Below, in pieces: positions 46,754 through 60,519 of a stretch of DNA of 64,000 bases. Position numbers and translations under genes: made by a program. The stretch lies in the NCBI GenBank assembly GCA_964106915.2, contig OZ066917.1; one strand, given 5' to 3'. The notes under the pieces are model-generated. The model was not told the DNA's origin. It ran no database searches and saw only the letters and a program-made list of their open reading frames with translations. Each line of letters begins with the position of its first letter. Within the stretch, counting starts at the first letter, position 1. This DNA is from Podarcis gaigeae (taxonomy: Eukaryota).

Positions 46754-47084
46754 CAGATTATGTTTGGATGTACGGAAATAATTAAGTTAATTTGAGACTG
46801 TGCATTATAAAGGAAAGAATAGATATAGTAAATGAAAATATTTGGAAGCCTTTTTTTAGCTAATTCACAGTAATGTTTTTGTTCTTTTTTGTGAGTTTGT
46901 AAATATGATATGGCATTTACATATATGAAATGTATAGTATTATGTGTGTTTTTTTGTTTTTTCCTTCTCTTTTTTCTCTTTTTATTTTCTTTCTTCTTTA
47001 CTTTCTCGCTTTGTGTCTGTATTAAATGTCGTTGCATTTTGATATTTTTAAAATTCAAATTAATAAAGATTTAATAATAATAAA
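46754..47084 (+). mobile_element. 5'-truncated L1-clade LINE 3' end
   Basis: 11-bp TSD GGAAAGTAAAT (46743-46753, 47085-47095); ..ENIWKPFL* ORF2-end-like motif; T-rich UTR, AATAAA and an A-rich tail. Confidence 0.7.
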
Positions 47085-47140
47085 GGAAAGTAAATTAGGA
47101 ATTTCCTCACTGTTCCCTGCCACAAACTCCATACACTCAT

Positions 47141-47497
47141 AGGTAAAAAGGTAAAGGGACCCCTGACCATTAGGTCCAGTCGTGGCCGACTCTGGGGTTG
47201 CGGCGCTCATCTCGCTTTATTGACCAAGGGAGCCGGCATACAGCTTCTGGGTCATGTGGCCAACATGACTAAGCAGCTGCTGGCGAACCAGAGCAGCACA
47301 CGGAAACGCTGTTTACCTTTCCACCGGAGCGGTACCTATTTATCTACTTGCACTTTGACATGCTTTTGAACTGCTAGGTTAGCAGGAGCAGGGACCGAGC
47401 AATGGGAGCTCACCCCATCACGGGGATTCAAACCGCCAACCTTCTGATCGGCAAGTCCTAGGCTCTGTGGTTTAACCCACAGCGCCACCTGCGTCCC
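47141..47497 (-). mobile_element. Sauria SINE, full length
   Basis: As for 6-356; imperfect TSD CATACACTCATA / CATACATTCATA. Confidence 0.92.
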
Positions 47498-49507
47498 ACC
47501 CACATACATTCATAAGGTACTCTAAATATAGAGACTGCCCAGGTTGTATATGCTTGTAGACACACACTTTCTCTTTCTATGACTGGCCTATCCTTAATTG
47601 GAAGTTACATTCTGGGGCACGCGCAAGAGGGTCATTTCTTCCTGGGGGCAAATTTTAATTTGCTTAGAAGTTAATCTGCACATGTGAACCAAAATGTGTG
47701 AGTAATCTAAGTTTAAAAGTTCAGTTGTCATCATAGTAAAGGTCCCTTAAGGTACCCACCCTGGCAGAGACAAAATGGCCTCAGAGGACTGAGGGACATT
47801 TCCATCGCTTGCAGCAACACATACTTAAAGGAGTATTAGAAAGAAATGTCAGCTGTTTGTCATTTTTTACATCTTTAAAGAAGTCCATTTTTTTTTGGTT
47901 TTTGTGTAAGAATGCTAGCTATACCGATGAAGAGATTCAAATGAAAATATTATAGATTTTTGGTTTTAAAAAGATTGCAAGATGATCCCAGTGTTTACCA
48001 GGGGCAGGGTGCATACCTTTGATTGTCCTTTTTATTTGTCCTGAACACACATCACAGCCAGCCTGAGGCAAGAAGCAGATGGTACATGATTATCTTAACA
48101 GAGTCAAAAGAGTTATGGGAGAGGCATGTTAGCAGCTGAACAGTCCCCAGAATTGTAGGCAATGTCTGTGCTTTGTTTCCTATTTATCGGTGGAGTGTGA
48201 TTATTTCAAATGGCAGAGTATTAATTTACTAATTAGAGATAGTCACACTAGAAGATGCTACAGCAGTACATGTTATCGCATACACCAAGATTTACATTTG
48301 TCCTTCATGCGATCTCAAGGACAGTAGCTCTGACAATGGAATACAATACAAAACAACAACAACAACCCAAAAACTGTATACATTGACAAAAATAAATTGC
48401 ATACATTGAAAAATTGTTATTAGATGGCATTTTTAGGTGGCCACTAGCCTAGGGGTTCCCAAAGAACATGTATATAAAAATGCAATAGGAAATCATATGG
48501 TATCGAGCACAAGGCATTACAATTGCTACAGTAAGTAGGAAAACCATTAAATGGTCCCTCAAGCCCCCCCAGCAACTTTCCAGTGGTCTGTGGGGGAAAG
48601 AGCACAGAAATTACTGCACTAGCCAATGATATAGGCATAAGAACTATTTCTCTATTTTATTATTTATTTTATTTCATAAAAATTATATACCACTTGATAA
48701 GAAACAAAAACCCTCAAACCATCTATGTATGGTTCTGTGTGTCTATCTATGGTTTGGGGAACAGTCTGGGTGATATCCACAGGTTACTTCCAGGCCTGTG
48801 AACCTACCTTATCCAGGGAGGTTTAGCATCTAGTAGAAAAGGCTACCAAACCAGTTCTTTTGTTGAGGTAATGGCCTTAGCCGACCAGTGAAGTATAGCC
48901 ATTTGCATGTACTAAGAGGCTGGAAACCATTACAGTTTTGGATTCAGATATTTTGTGCTCATTTACCTGCTTTCTTGATGGGCCAGCAGTTTATAGTAAA
49001 GTAAAACACATATTGTTTTTGTTGGGGTTGCCCAAAGGATGGGGAAATGAGACAACCTTAAAATATCCTGTTTCAGCCCCCCCCCCCTAGTAATTATAAA
49101 TTCATTGAACTGTTGGTATCGCTGACCAAATCTTTGGACAATTTGGAATATAGCTCTGATAAGCTGGAATTTTCTACTAGGTAGTGCATTGCTTTTCTGG
49201 GAAACAGCAATGGCCATAGGCCAGCCATAATTAAGAACGTAATAGTGCAAATGGATGCATGTCTACTCAGAAGTAAAACCCACTGAATTCAACAGTGAGC
49301 CTGTAGAGGGCTGCAGTACGGGTTCTATCTATTTCCATAGGAAGAACTTAAAGTCAGGATTACAGGGCAATCTGAGACATGTCTACTCAGAAGTAAGTCC
49401 ACTGAGCTTAGTGTGACTTACTCCAAGATAAGTGGGTATAGGATTGTAGCCTTAAGTGTTCTCAAAGGGGATGTCACAGTCCACAACCATCATTGCATCA
49501 TGCCCAT

Positions 49508-49560
49508 TTGTTGTTGTTTAGTCGTATCCGACTCTTCATGACCCCATGGACCAGAGCACT
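49508..49560 (-). mobile_element. Bov-B 3' tip
   Basis: TTGTTGTTGTTTAGTCGTATCCGACTCTTCATGACCCCATGGACCAG. Confidence 0.85.
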
Positions 49561-50184
49561 TATCTGGAAACATCAGTCTTCCAATATATGTTTGGGTGGA
49601 TGGAAGAGTTCAGGCATTTTACAGTTATCAAACCGATGAGAAGAGTTATGTGTTTGTTTGCACACAAAATTATTTATATTTTAAAATATAACCTAATTTG
49701 TATCCTGCTGTGCTTTCCCAAGGGGGAAATTCAGTGGATGGCAATATAATAAACAAAAGTTACATATGGTAAAAATATAATAACACTTATACAACTCCTA
49801 AAATACAGCATGAAAAATAAATGAACTAGAAAAGTCCCTCAAAGCATAAAGAATCCATTATTAATATATTGCAGTTAAGATCTTAATAAATAGGAAGCAC
49901 TGCAGATGCAAAGATCTTGTGATGAGATGAGAGCTGGAAAGGAAACGATGCTCATATCATCTGATCTTTATCCTGCATAGCAAATACCAACTGCCCTTTT
50001 TGCAAGTGTCTATCTAGCCTCTCACTGCTCTTAAGAGTTCAAAAAACTTCCTAATGCTTAATCCAAGGAATCTTCTTCTTTGCCAGGGCATTCTGAACTT
50101 CCATGCTATTTTGATGGGTTAACTAAGCCATGTTTAAAGAGCAACCATCACAGAGAGACATATAATTTTAAAATCCTTCAATTC

Positions 50185-50187
<3 letters not shown>

Positions 50188-50222
<35 letters not shown>
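50188..50222. repeat. (CA)n microsatellite
   Basis: Direct observation. Confidence 0.98.
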
Positions 50223-50224
<2 letters not shown>

Positions 50225-51922
50225 TAGACACAAAAAGGAACCTGCTGTTATGTGATGGAGTACCATTTATGGGAAGAGTGAGGCAGCTGACATGTGAGTC
50301 CTCTCCAGGAACAACTCTATCTCTGACCAGTTCATTAGTCCTGCATGTTAAGTTACTGTTATTAAATGGGACTCTGTGATAAGTATGTGTAGAAGCTGTC
50401 ATGTTTTTTAATCTGGTTTTAGTTTATGTCTAATTTTATTTTATTTTAAGCTTTAACTGATAATTTCATAGTTTATGCTTTTTGTAAACTCCTTTGAGGC
50501 TGTATGACAATCGGGCAGTATATAAATGTTGTGAAATAAAATAAATATTTTGCCACAGGACACATTGTGACATCGGACATTTTGGAGGAGGGAGGAGTTA
50601 GATTTACTGCCACTATTAATAATGACAACTGTACAGTTAGCATCAAATCTACTCTGATCCTGAATAATCCATCTGAACTGTCCTCAAAGTTTCTTCTGTT
50701 TGATTTAAAAGAAGATTGACGTGAACTTCCACAACTTTTCAGGTGGAGACTGTCCGATTTCCCAGGCTCACCTCTAGGCCAAATCACTCTTCTTCGTCAC
50801 CTCATATCAAAGGCTCATAAAAGTTGTGGTTGGGGCTCCTTTTGAAGCAAAGCTGAAAGCCACCTGACCTTTTAATGTTCAAATCTGCTCTAGCTTAACA
50901 CCATCAAAGAAAACCTTAAAGGGGAAAGGAAACCACAGATCCCACTCATTATAGTGAGGCGTTTTGATGCTTGCCGTACAGAAGCCTTCGAAGGGGAAAT
51001 GCACTATAAACATGTCTTGGGGTTCATTAAGGTTAATGGGGAGAGACATGGGAGAGACATGATTTCTGAAAGCCTCCTAATTAAATTGATTGCTGTGGCT
51101 TTTCCCCAAGGGCCAATACTCCGGCTGTAAAATGCATGTATAAGCGAAGAGAAATCAATAAGTATGTCATACTCACTTACTCTTGTGTCCAGCTTGCGTT
51201 CTGTGGCAGATCGTGGTGAAGACATGCAAGAAAAAGAGAGTATTCTGATGAGCATTAGATATGCTTGTTGTGTAAGAAGGCATCACATGCTCCAAATCTA
51301 GTTCAGTTTGTGATCCACTGAGGGAACCTGGCCCACCAGCCATGTACTCTGACCTACTAGGTGCTTGACTTCCCTTCCACACAGAGACACTTTACCTCCT
51401 ACTTTAGTTTTTTACAGTCCAAAACAGGCAGAAAATACAGGGCTTTCAAGTTTCTGGTGGGCCACCATTCAAGGTGAGAGAGGTTCAACCTTCTGGGTCA
51501 CAAGTTGCACTGACTTGTTCTAGTTTATTCATTTTCTGTAGATTTCAGCAGCAGACCTCACATTCAATATCATCCACTGCCGTAAGGGGCCATTGATGGC
51601 CCTGGCTTTTCTCCACTCATTCCTCACCACGAAGAAAGGAACAAAAGTTTATATGGCACATCTGTACTATGTAAAGGAGTAGTCAAACTAAGGTGGGGCA
51701 TAATGACTTACATGGGCTATACAAATTCATCCATGAATTCTAGCAGGTCAAACAATACCTTGTGGTAACAAATTTTCTCTTAACTTAAATGCTGTATGAT
51801 ATAGCACAGTCTTTTATATGTTCCAAAACTATGGCTAATTTAACTGAATGACTTCTAAGACCTGTTATTATGAGAGAGAGCTATAGGTTGCCCTATACCA
51901 AAAGGGATCATCTAGTCCAGTA

Positions 51923-52164
51923 CAGTGGTACCTCAGGTTAAGTACTTAATTCGTTCCGGAGGTCCGTTCTTAACCTGAAACTGTTCTTAACCTGAAGCAC
52001 CACTTTAGCTAATGGGGCCTCCTGCTGCTGCTGCGCCGCCAGAGCACGATTTCTGTTCTCAACCTGAAGCAAAGTTCTTAACCTGAAGCACTATTTCTGG
52101 GTTAGCGGAGTCTGTAACCTGAAGCGTATGTAACCTGAAGCATATATAACCTGAGGTACCACTG
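51923..52164. mobile_element. pogo/Tc1-mariner-type MITE, 242 bp
   Basis: TIR CAGTGGTACCTCAGGTTA / TAACCTGAGGTACCACTG with TA TSD; the flanks resemble an antisense Squam2-like SINE tail. Confidence 0.92.
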
Positions 52165-55100
52165 TAGTGTCCTCTCTGGCTGCTGTCCAAGGTGCTGCAC
52201 AACTAGATGTGCTCCGAAGAATTCAAATTGTGACATGCTTCAAAGCATTTGATCTAAGGTGTTTGACCCTCCCAGAAGGACAGGCCACTCTTGTATATTT
52301 TTTTTAAGAAATAAGTTGCTTAAACTATATTGTGGGAAGCACTGGACATTTTGCTAGTTGCCAGCCATAAATGGCTCTGCCCCATCAATATGCAGACACA
52401 TAAGAGTTCAAACTTCAAATGACATTATTCATCAAATCCAAACACATTACATCTTTAAGTTAGCACAATAGCAAACGATTCTGCCCATGAGACGCATTAA
52501 TGATTGTTTAATGCCCAAGCTGCTGCATTTATTTTAGGTCTTAAAATCATTACAAGCCCTAAAAAGGGAAAGTGATTCTTTGCCATTTAGAGAAACAGTT
52601 CTTGATAAGGATTCACATTTGCTTATTAGCATACAGTGCCCTTTTTAGTTGATGCAGGCTCCCACCCCACCCCCCGCTTTACCACCGCATCAATTCTGCA
52701 TTTCGTTATTGAATACATTTTGTAAAAAGTCTTTCAAGGACATTTTAGCCCTAAAGCAAGACTACCATATATATTTGCAAAAAAGCGCAAGGCTGTTTGT
52801 ATACTTTTCAAGATACGCATGGTAAAGGGAACTTTTAAAATGTGGCAATGATTTGTAATCATTAGCCAAATAAATCTGAAAGTATTTTGGTTGCGGATCT
52901 CATCTCCAGCAGAAGAACCGAGTTAAAGCCCAAGTCTGTGGTTTGTGGGTGTGTGAAATAGTACTGAAGGACTGGGGTGGGGGGTGGGAAGGAAAAATGA
53001 TTTTGTGGATAGAAGAATAATTCAGCAACAGATTAGTCACAGACATACAGGCAGAACTGTACAAACTCCATCATGAAATGTTGACAGCCTATCCCCAAAG
53101 TATCACGGTTCCATAATTCTAGACTTTGGCCTTTTTTTGAGCAGAGACTGATAAATGTGCCAATTTCGATCCTGACCTTGGATAATGAGGTCAGGCTATC
53201 AAATTCATTTTCACTTGCAGCCTGAACAAGGGCATAAGAATGGGCCATCTTCCCAGGAAGGGGTGGCAGGGGTGGTGGTGAGGGAGATAATGTATGGGCA
53301 AACATAACAGAAGCTAAAAATGGCAGCAGAAAAAAGTTGCTGTCATCATTTGAATGTGGCTTTAAAGGGGCTTTTAGAAGGACCAACTACTGACAGACAC
53401 AGTTTTGCTCCTCAAATGCCTTTCAGATTTCACTCTACGTTGTTTTAGCCTAGAACAATTTTTTGTCATTGAATGGGAAGTAAATGCACAGTAGGAGCAT
53501 TTATTATGTTTTGCATGGGCTACCCACTGCACAATCAAGTCCTTTTTGCCCACCATTTTGTGGTAGAAGTCAGGGGGCACACACGTTCTCACACTTCTTT
53601 GCTGCTCAGCTTCTGAGAATTGCATGGCACACCACAAAACTACTCATAGGCCATGGCTTTTCCCAATTATTCCATTACTATCAGGATGGATATTTTTTAG
53701 TAACCTAAGTCTCCCATGCTAAAGATATTGAGATTTTGTGCAGTATAAAGGAACTGGTTGTGGCCTTTTCTTGACGTGTAATTGGTCTATGATACACAAG
53801 GACATGGAAAGGGAAATGACCTGGTCTGCTTCAAAAACAAGCAGACAGTTCCATTTAGCTCAATAATGTCAAACAAGACATGGCAATTTTATAGGAGGAA
53901 TCAGACAAACCTGACGTATGAATGCAGCATGTGCAAGAGGGCCTTCTTTTCACATTTCCCCCAGATACAGTTAGCTTTTATGGGCTAGCATGAGGTTGAA
54001 GGGGACTTGGCAAAATGCCTTCTAAAGGGCTCCCTCCTATGTGGGTGGGTCTGGTGGCAGCAGCAGTGGTGATCTGGTCAATTCTGGTCTGACCATAGCA
54101 TCATTCTGGGGCAATGGGAGAAGACGGCTTCAGGGAGACTCCAGGAAGGTTTTTTAAGCTGGCTGATAAAGGGGCAGGTTTGTAGAAAAATCTCCCTTTA
54201 TCTGGTGGCAGGAAGTTGCTTAACAGGGTAAGGTAGGCTGAGCAGAGGAGTCCACTTTGCTGTAGCCAGGTCTCCCTTCTGCAGGCAAGGCAGGGCCTAG
54301 TTGACTGGGATGTGACCATCACAAGGAGTAATGATCCACTAGGACTCAAAGTCGGTGTTCTAAGATATACAAATTGTCCTAACAGAAAAGGTGACGATAA
54401 TGCAGCTAATCATTTGTCCCATGTAATTTGATTAATTCACTGAAGAAGCTGTAATGAAAGCTCATGTGTATTGATCGTCAGAATCTCTGAAGGTCGTTAT
54501 TTATGTGTTCTAACAAAAGACCAAAGAGTCCTTGTGAAAGCTGAATAGAGCCAAACCTCAAGATACCATGGAAAAATGAGCTTCCATTAACTGCTGAAAT
54601 ATCAGCTGGTCAAGGTTTCCTAGGATTAAAACTAGCAGTGAACTTGAGAGAGGTACAACCTATAGTCAAGAGAAGGGATGCATGAAAAGTGCCATTATTT
54701 GTGTGTCTTATATCAAAATGCTTTGAAGGAGAAGGAAGCAGGCTGCCACGTATAGAGTACATGCATGGTTCTCTAACAATAATGTAAGAGAGTTTTAGGT
54801 CATTGTTAAAGTAACATGTGTGTATGTGTGTATCATAGTGCTCCATCTAGTTTCATCTAGATAAAAAGCTTTCTGCAGAAATTAGTCACCGATATAGCAA
54901 ACTCATTTTGTAATGCATTGCAGCTGAAAGCTGAAACCTGGATCTGCCCCATGATCCCAAATTTGACCAAAAGAGATCTTATAGGATCTTTCTGTTTTCT
55001 TTCATTTCCAGCCCTTTTCATGCATTTAGCACTGAAAGAGCTCCCCAGTTCTAAAACCACTGTTGTTGGGCTACTGTGGCAAGGTAAGATGGGGAAGCCT

Positions 55101-55204
55101 ACACACAAATACTTCTTCACATGGAGGTTTCCCCATTTTCTGGGACCCTGTGCAACCAAGGTTCCACAATCTTGGGAGTTCTCTGTGTGAAGAGGTAAAT
55201 GTGA

Positions 55205-55385
55205 TGCACCACAGCTCAGTGTAGAGCATCTGCTTTGCATGAAGAAAATACAAGAATCAATTCCTGAGATCACTAGGTAGGGCTGGGAACGACCCACCTG
55301 GAACCCCGGAGAGCTACTGCCAAGAGGTATAGACAATAATGAGCTCGATGGACCAATGGCATGACTCAGTATGTTGTATTCTATG
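55205..55385 (+). mobile_element. tRNA-derived SINE (Squam2-like)
   Basis: CAGCTCAGTGTAGAGCATCTGCTTTGCATG..AGGTAGGGCTGGGA..GACAATAATGAGCTCGATGGACCAATGG. Confidence 0.75.
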
Positions 55386-56539
55386 AGAAAACAATATGGC
55401 AGCCACTGTTGGCCCATTTCCAAGGAGCTAAGACCAGCCAAGCTACCACTTGAAGTGGGGGCAAAGCTTTTACTAGAAGGCCCTCTGCCACCTCATATTG
55501 GCAGGTCATAACAATGTAGAAATACATTAAAAGCAGTTTGAAACAAATTATAGTCAGATTCGTTGGTCTGAAATAGAGATGCAAAGCCCGCCCCCCCAAA
55601 AAAAAATAGAAATGGAAAAATGGGGGTGGGGGTGAAAAATGGGGGCATGTTCCCCTGTTTTGCTATCATTTTGCCAGGCCTTTACATCTCTAGTCCTTCT
55701 AAATCTATCTCAGTATCTATTTTAATATCTCTATCTCAAGTAACAAAGAATGAACGGTCCCATGAAAGTGGTGGTTTTAGTGGAGCTATTTGGCCTAGAT
55801 TTAGTTCTGCACAGCTTTTCTAGTGCTTCAGTTTCTGAAGGGCAGCTATGCTTCAGCAGAAAACAGTCCTATAACATCTTAGTGGCTAATACACTTAACT
55901 GTGGCATTTATGGGGTCGAACTCTTCAACTGGCTGTGTTCCTATATGTCAGGACTTGTTGCCAGCCCTGCTTAGCTGCACCTGTGTTGGAATCAAATCTG
56001 ATCCAACAAAGCTGGAGCAGCTGCACTCTGCCTGGATTCCAAGCAAGGCTTGGATTAGCCCTATGGAGAGAAACAGTAGCTGATGCTGCCAATGGATTGA
56101 GTTTGGGTTTTGTACAGTGTTCCAGTCTATAACCTTTGGACTGATTCTCTGGATTTGGCCCTTGCTAGCTTCATTTGAGTTAGAGGCATTCAAGTGGTTT
56201 GAATTCTTGGATCTGAACTTTAGCCTGGGCCATGTGGGTTGTATGGGGACTTGATCCACATAAAGTGCATTAGCTTTATGTGGGAAAGTGCGTATGGTAA
56301 GGGAAAGGTAAATAACTTGTATCCATATTACAAAGAACAGCAAAACACATATTCTTGACTCCTTATCAGCTTTTTCTTCTCTTTATGAAAAGATGCTATT
56401 AAAAAACTGCTTTTGATGAACCACTTTGAGAGGCGTGGTTTTTAAACAATTAAGTGGTATATAAATTTTATGAAATAAATAACAGTGGGAACTATTTTAC
56501 ACTAAGCAACATTGCATACTTTCATTTCATTTCATTTAC

Positions 56540-57150
56540 TTCATAATTTATATACTGCTTAGCACCATAGTTTGTGAGTGGTGTATAATAAGGTTGCAAA
56601 ACAAGTGTGAAAGATAAAATCAGTGAAAATTAACCATAACATTAGCGTACTCAAAATCTGGTGTGAACTGGAAGGGAGTTCCACAAAGCTGGAAAGCACG
56701 AAGGTCCAGAATGCTGATGAATGTGAACCATGGAGCACCATTCACAGGGACTCCCTCAAAGACCTCAGTGGTCAGACATGGATATAAGGCACAAGGTGTT
56801 CCTTAAGGTACACTGACTGCCAGTTGTTAAGAGCCTTGTAAATTAATACAATAACCATGCACATGGCCTGGTAGCATTTGGGTAGCTAATGCAAGGTTTT
56901 AAGAACCAGGGTTATGTGCTATTGGTTGCTTATCTTCACCACCAGTCTAGCTGCAGCATTTTGACCCAGCAGGTACCTCTGAACCAGGCCCAACAGTAGG
57001 CCCACATAAAGTGCATTGTAAGAACTGATTCTTAGCAGTTCATGAATCCCGTAGTTAGTGTACCTGTAGCAGCAGGCAAAAGGCAGTCCTAGCCACTGAG
57101 GCTACCTGAACCTCCAGCAGCGAAGATGGACCCATGAACACCCCAAACCT
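56540..57150 (-). mobile_element. Old L2-clade LINE fragment
   Basis: The antisense strand resembles the QNAAARL..KALN..YLK..WNSLP region of L2 ORF2. Confidence 0.55.
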
Positions 57151-57677
57151 GGCCTAATGCTCAGAAAGGGCTGAACTAATTTGCGGGGGTGGGGGGGAGG
57201 GGGCGAGACACAGCAGAACAGAAAACAATTTTAATTTTACATTTATAGATAAGGCTGGATGCATGTTTAAAGAAGCTTAGTAAAGGAGGATCCATTGCAT
57301 CAAATTTTTGCATCCTTGTAATAATGCCATCAGACCTGTATTCATACTGAGCTCCCCCTATACTGGTGCTATTTGTTTGGAAGAGTGTCTCTAAATCACA
57401 TCGACTATACAGTAATTGCTGTTTACATGGTTGCAGCAGGGTGCTTTGAGCTGCTGGGCTCATGCAGATTACAATGGCCAGGTCTGCCATTTCCCTGTGC
57501 AGGTGTTGGTTTACACAAGCCATGCGTTTGGCAGGTCTGCATCATGTCAAGGTACATGCATGGGGAATGATCATCAAATACTATTGTTTTGAGGCTGGGA
57601 GTTAGAAAGAAATTCTTAATAGGGCAGATGGACTGCTGGTCTAGCACATTCTTTGATAAATAAACTATGGCTGGTAT

Positions 57678-57691
57678 GTTGCCATGGGAAC
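57678..57691. promoter_or_regulatory. RFX X-box motif
   Basis: GTTGCCATGGGAAC fits GTTNCCATGGNAAC; function not shown. Confidence 0.4.
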
Positions 57692-58454
57692 TAATTGCTA
57701 CATCATTTTTGGGGGATGACCAGGAAATAGTTGAGAGATTCTTCTGAAAGACAAGAGCCATTCTGGAATTGGGGCAGACATACTTCCCCCCTCCCAGCTG
57801 GGATGCCCTTTTTTCAGCTGGCACTGAAATTTAATTCAAACTTTTGTATGCATTCAACTTAATTGAAAATGAAACAGATGAGGAAGAACTGTAAGTTGTG
57901 ACAGTAATGGCTTCAAATTATTTTGCTGTTAGAATGCATAGGCACTTCCCAACTTTTTAAAATACACTAGACTCCTCATGTTTCCATTTTGCAAACTATA
58001 ATGTTTTCCAAGTAATCAATTTGCAAGTTTTAAATGAGCTTAAATACATCTGTACCTACATTTTTGTACGTTGAACGCCACTGCAAAGTGGCTGTGTTGC
58101 TGAGAATGATGAAAATAAAACGTTGTTTTTTTAAAAAAAAAAGAAGATGTGGCAGATTTCCATTTCAGTGTCAGATCTGCAGTCTGAGTGGGTGGAATGT
58201 ACTTCCCTCAGCTACAGAACTTATGTGAGGAAAAATCTTCCAAGCATAAATGGAATATCTGCCAGACTTCCAACAGCAACAACAACAACAGAGGTGTGAT
58301 GCCAGAGATCGAGAGGTTGTGTTAGTTAGAGGGCTGCTGCTACTGGTACAGGAATAGCTAGGAGCTGCTAGGATGGGGAAGCATTGTTGAGCAGTTGTAG
58401 CAGCCACAATGAATCAGGAGTGCTTGCGAGCACTTAAGCACACCGGCCCTGAGA

Positions 58455-58903
58455 GATCTGCATTGGCTCCCAGTACGTTTCCTACCACAATTCAAAGTGT
58501 TGGTGCTGACCTTTAAAGCCCTAAACAGCCTCAGTCCTGTATACCTGAAGGAACATCTCCACCCCCATCATTCAGCCCAGACACTGAGTTCCAGCACTGA
58601 GGGCCTTCTGGCGGTTCCTTCATTGCAAGAAGTGAGGCTACAGGGAACCAGACAGAGGGCCTTCTCGGTAGTGGCGCCCGCCCTGTGGAACCACCCTCCC
58701 TTCAGATGTGAAGGAAATAAGCAGCTATCTTCTCTTTAAAATACATCTGAAGGCAGCCCTGTTTAGGGAAGTTTTTAATATTTAATGCTGTATTGTTTTT
58801 AACATTTGATTGGAAGCCGCCCAGAGTGGCTGGGGAAACTCAGCCACATGGGCGGGGTATAAATAATAAATTAATTATTATTAATTATTATTATTATTAT
58901 TAT
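58455..58903 (+). mobile_element. L2-clade LINE 3' fragment
   Basis: LHWLPV..FKVLVLTFKALN..RQRAFSVVAPALWN, with a (TTA)n tail. Confidence 0.92.
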
Positions 58904-59074
58904 TAAAGGAACTGATGGGGGTACTCTGGGCCCCTACAAGTGGGTAAGACCCCTTCCTCCTTGCCACTTGCCTGCTCACTACTATATGAGAGGTGGGGAG
59001 ATGTTTTCAGCCTGAGAGATGCATCCCTCATGGAAAACCTTCCAGGGGGAGCATCTGCAACCACCATTCATCAG

Positions 59075-59142
59075 CATAGAATAATAGAGTTGGACTAGAT
59101 CTTGGAGGACCTCCCCTCCAAGCCCCTGCTCAATGCAGAACT
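59075..59142 (-). mobile_element. CR1 LINE 3' terminus
   Basis: CATAGAATAATAGAGTTGGA..CCAAGCCCCTGCTCAATGCAG is an antisense CR1 end. Confidence 0.65.
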
Positions 59143-60519
59143 TGCAATACAGGATGAAACTAAAGTGATATGATGCAGCTTTAAATGTACAGTGCCTTGG
59201 AGAAGGTGATAGTGTGTTTTGGGGCTGGGTGGTTGTGGGGGAAGGAGTACTGTTGGGTGGCAAGTCAACCCCTTTCTAGACCCATTGGTTTGCTCACAGA
59301 CCTTTGTGACTTTCCCCAGTTTGGGGTGGGGTGGGAATCACAAAAGCCCCAAGCCAATCTGAGGAGGATTTGCTCCTTGAGATCCAACGTCTCCTTTGCA
59401 ATGCAAAATGTTCTTTCGTGAGCGATGGTTTCTTTCTTTCTTTCTTGGCTGTACAAAGCCTTGCACCATGGTGGCTATCTCTGCTGGGAGCCCAAAACAT
59501 TTAAATTGCCACCGCATGAGGAGGACACAGGAAGCGATTGGTTCTGCCAGTGAGCATTCCTCTAAGATTACATTGATTTGCCTCTTTATGTGGTGTCTGA
59601 AAAGGAAAGCGCTCAAGGAAATGCCGCAAAGCTTCTGTTTACGAAAACAAATCTTGTGACAGCTAAAAGCTTTGAAACAGTTTTAATTATCCGTTAGAGG
59701 GCAGAATGTATAATTAAATGGTAATAAGCATACAGATAGAAACATAGTGCCCAGTTTGAACAGATTCATATTCCTTCAAGTGACCTTGAAAGGCAACAGA
59801 AGGCTGCTGGCATTGAAGTTTGTGTCCATAGGAAAACCCACTTTAATGTTTAATACAGTTGCCACAAATTTCAAATCAAGGCAGCATCTTTTGTAAGAAA
59901 AAAAAATATTTTAAAAATGGATGAACTGATTAGCGGGAAAATTAGCTGGTAGAATTGATTTCTCTTCTTCAGCCCTTTCCCCCTTCCCTCTGGGTTTCCT
60001 GTATTATTAGCACTTTACAAATAAGACAGATAATTTGCGTGATTTGAAAATCACTGAGCAGAATGAGATTCTTTTCTCTAGCTTTACGTGGTTGGTTTTT
60101 TTTTTAAATATACTTGCATCAGCTTAGCCTGTTTGGGGAATATAAAAAGCTTTCAGTTATGCTTTATTCACATCTTCATTATAAATTCTAAATGGATGCC
60201 CTTATGACCAAGGTACAAATACTGGGTCTTGGAGTGTGCTCATTTCTCAAATGCCTTTGTGATCTTGGATTAGATGCTCAAAACTGGATCGTCCAAAGAA
60301 CAAACCAACTCTTAGTCCTTAATGAGCCCACCACCACCACTCACTCAATGTAGGGGAAAAAGCTAAAAGCCAATGTTTTAAGGCTGAGCCACATGTTAGA
60401 GATTTGCTATTTTGTGTTATACACCGTTTCGTTGAGTACATGGAAACTGTTCTGGGGGTACTTGTAACAACAACAATAGCAATATATGAAATGCATTAAG
60501 GGCAAGTGAATTCTTAGGT

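Noticed and set aside
54857-55441. 194-aa minus-strand ORF, the longest in the track
   Set aside because: It runs through an antisense SINE and shows no protein-like signal.
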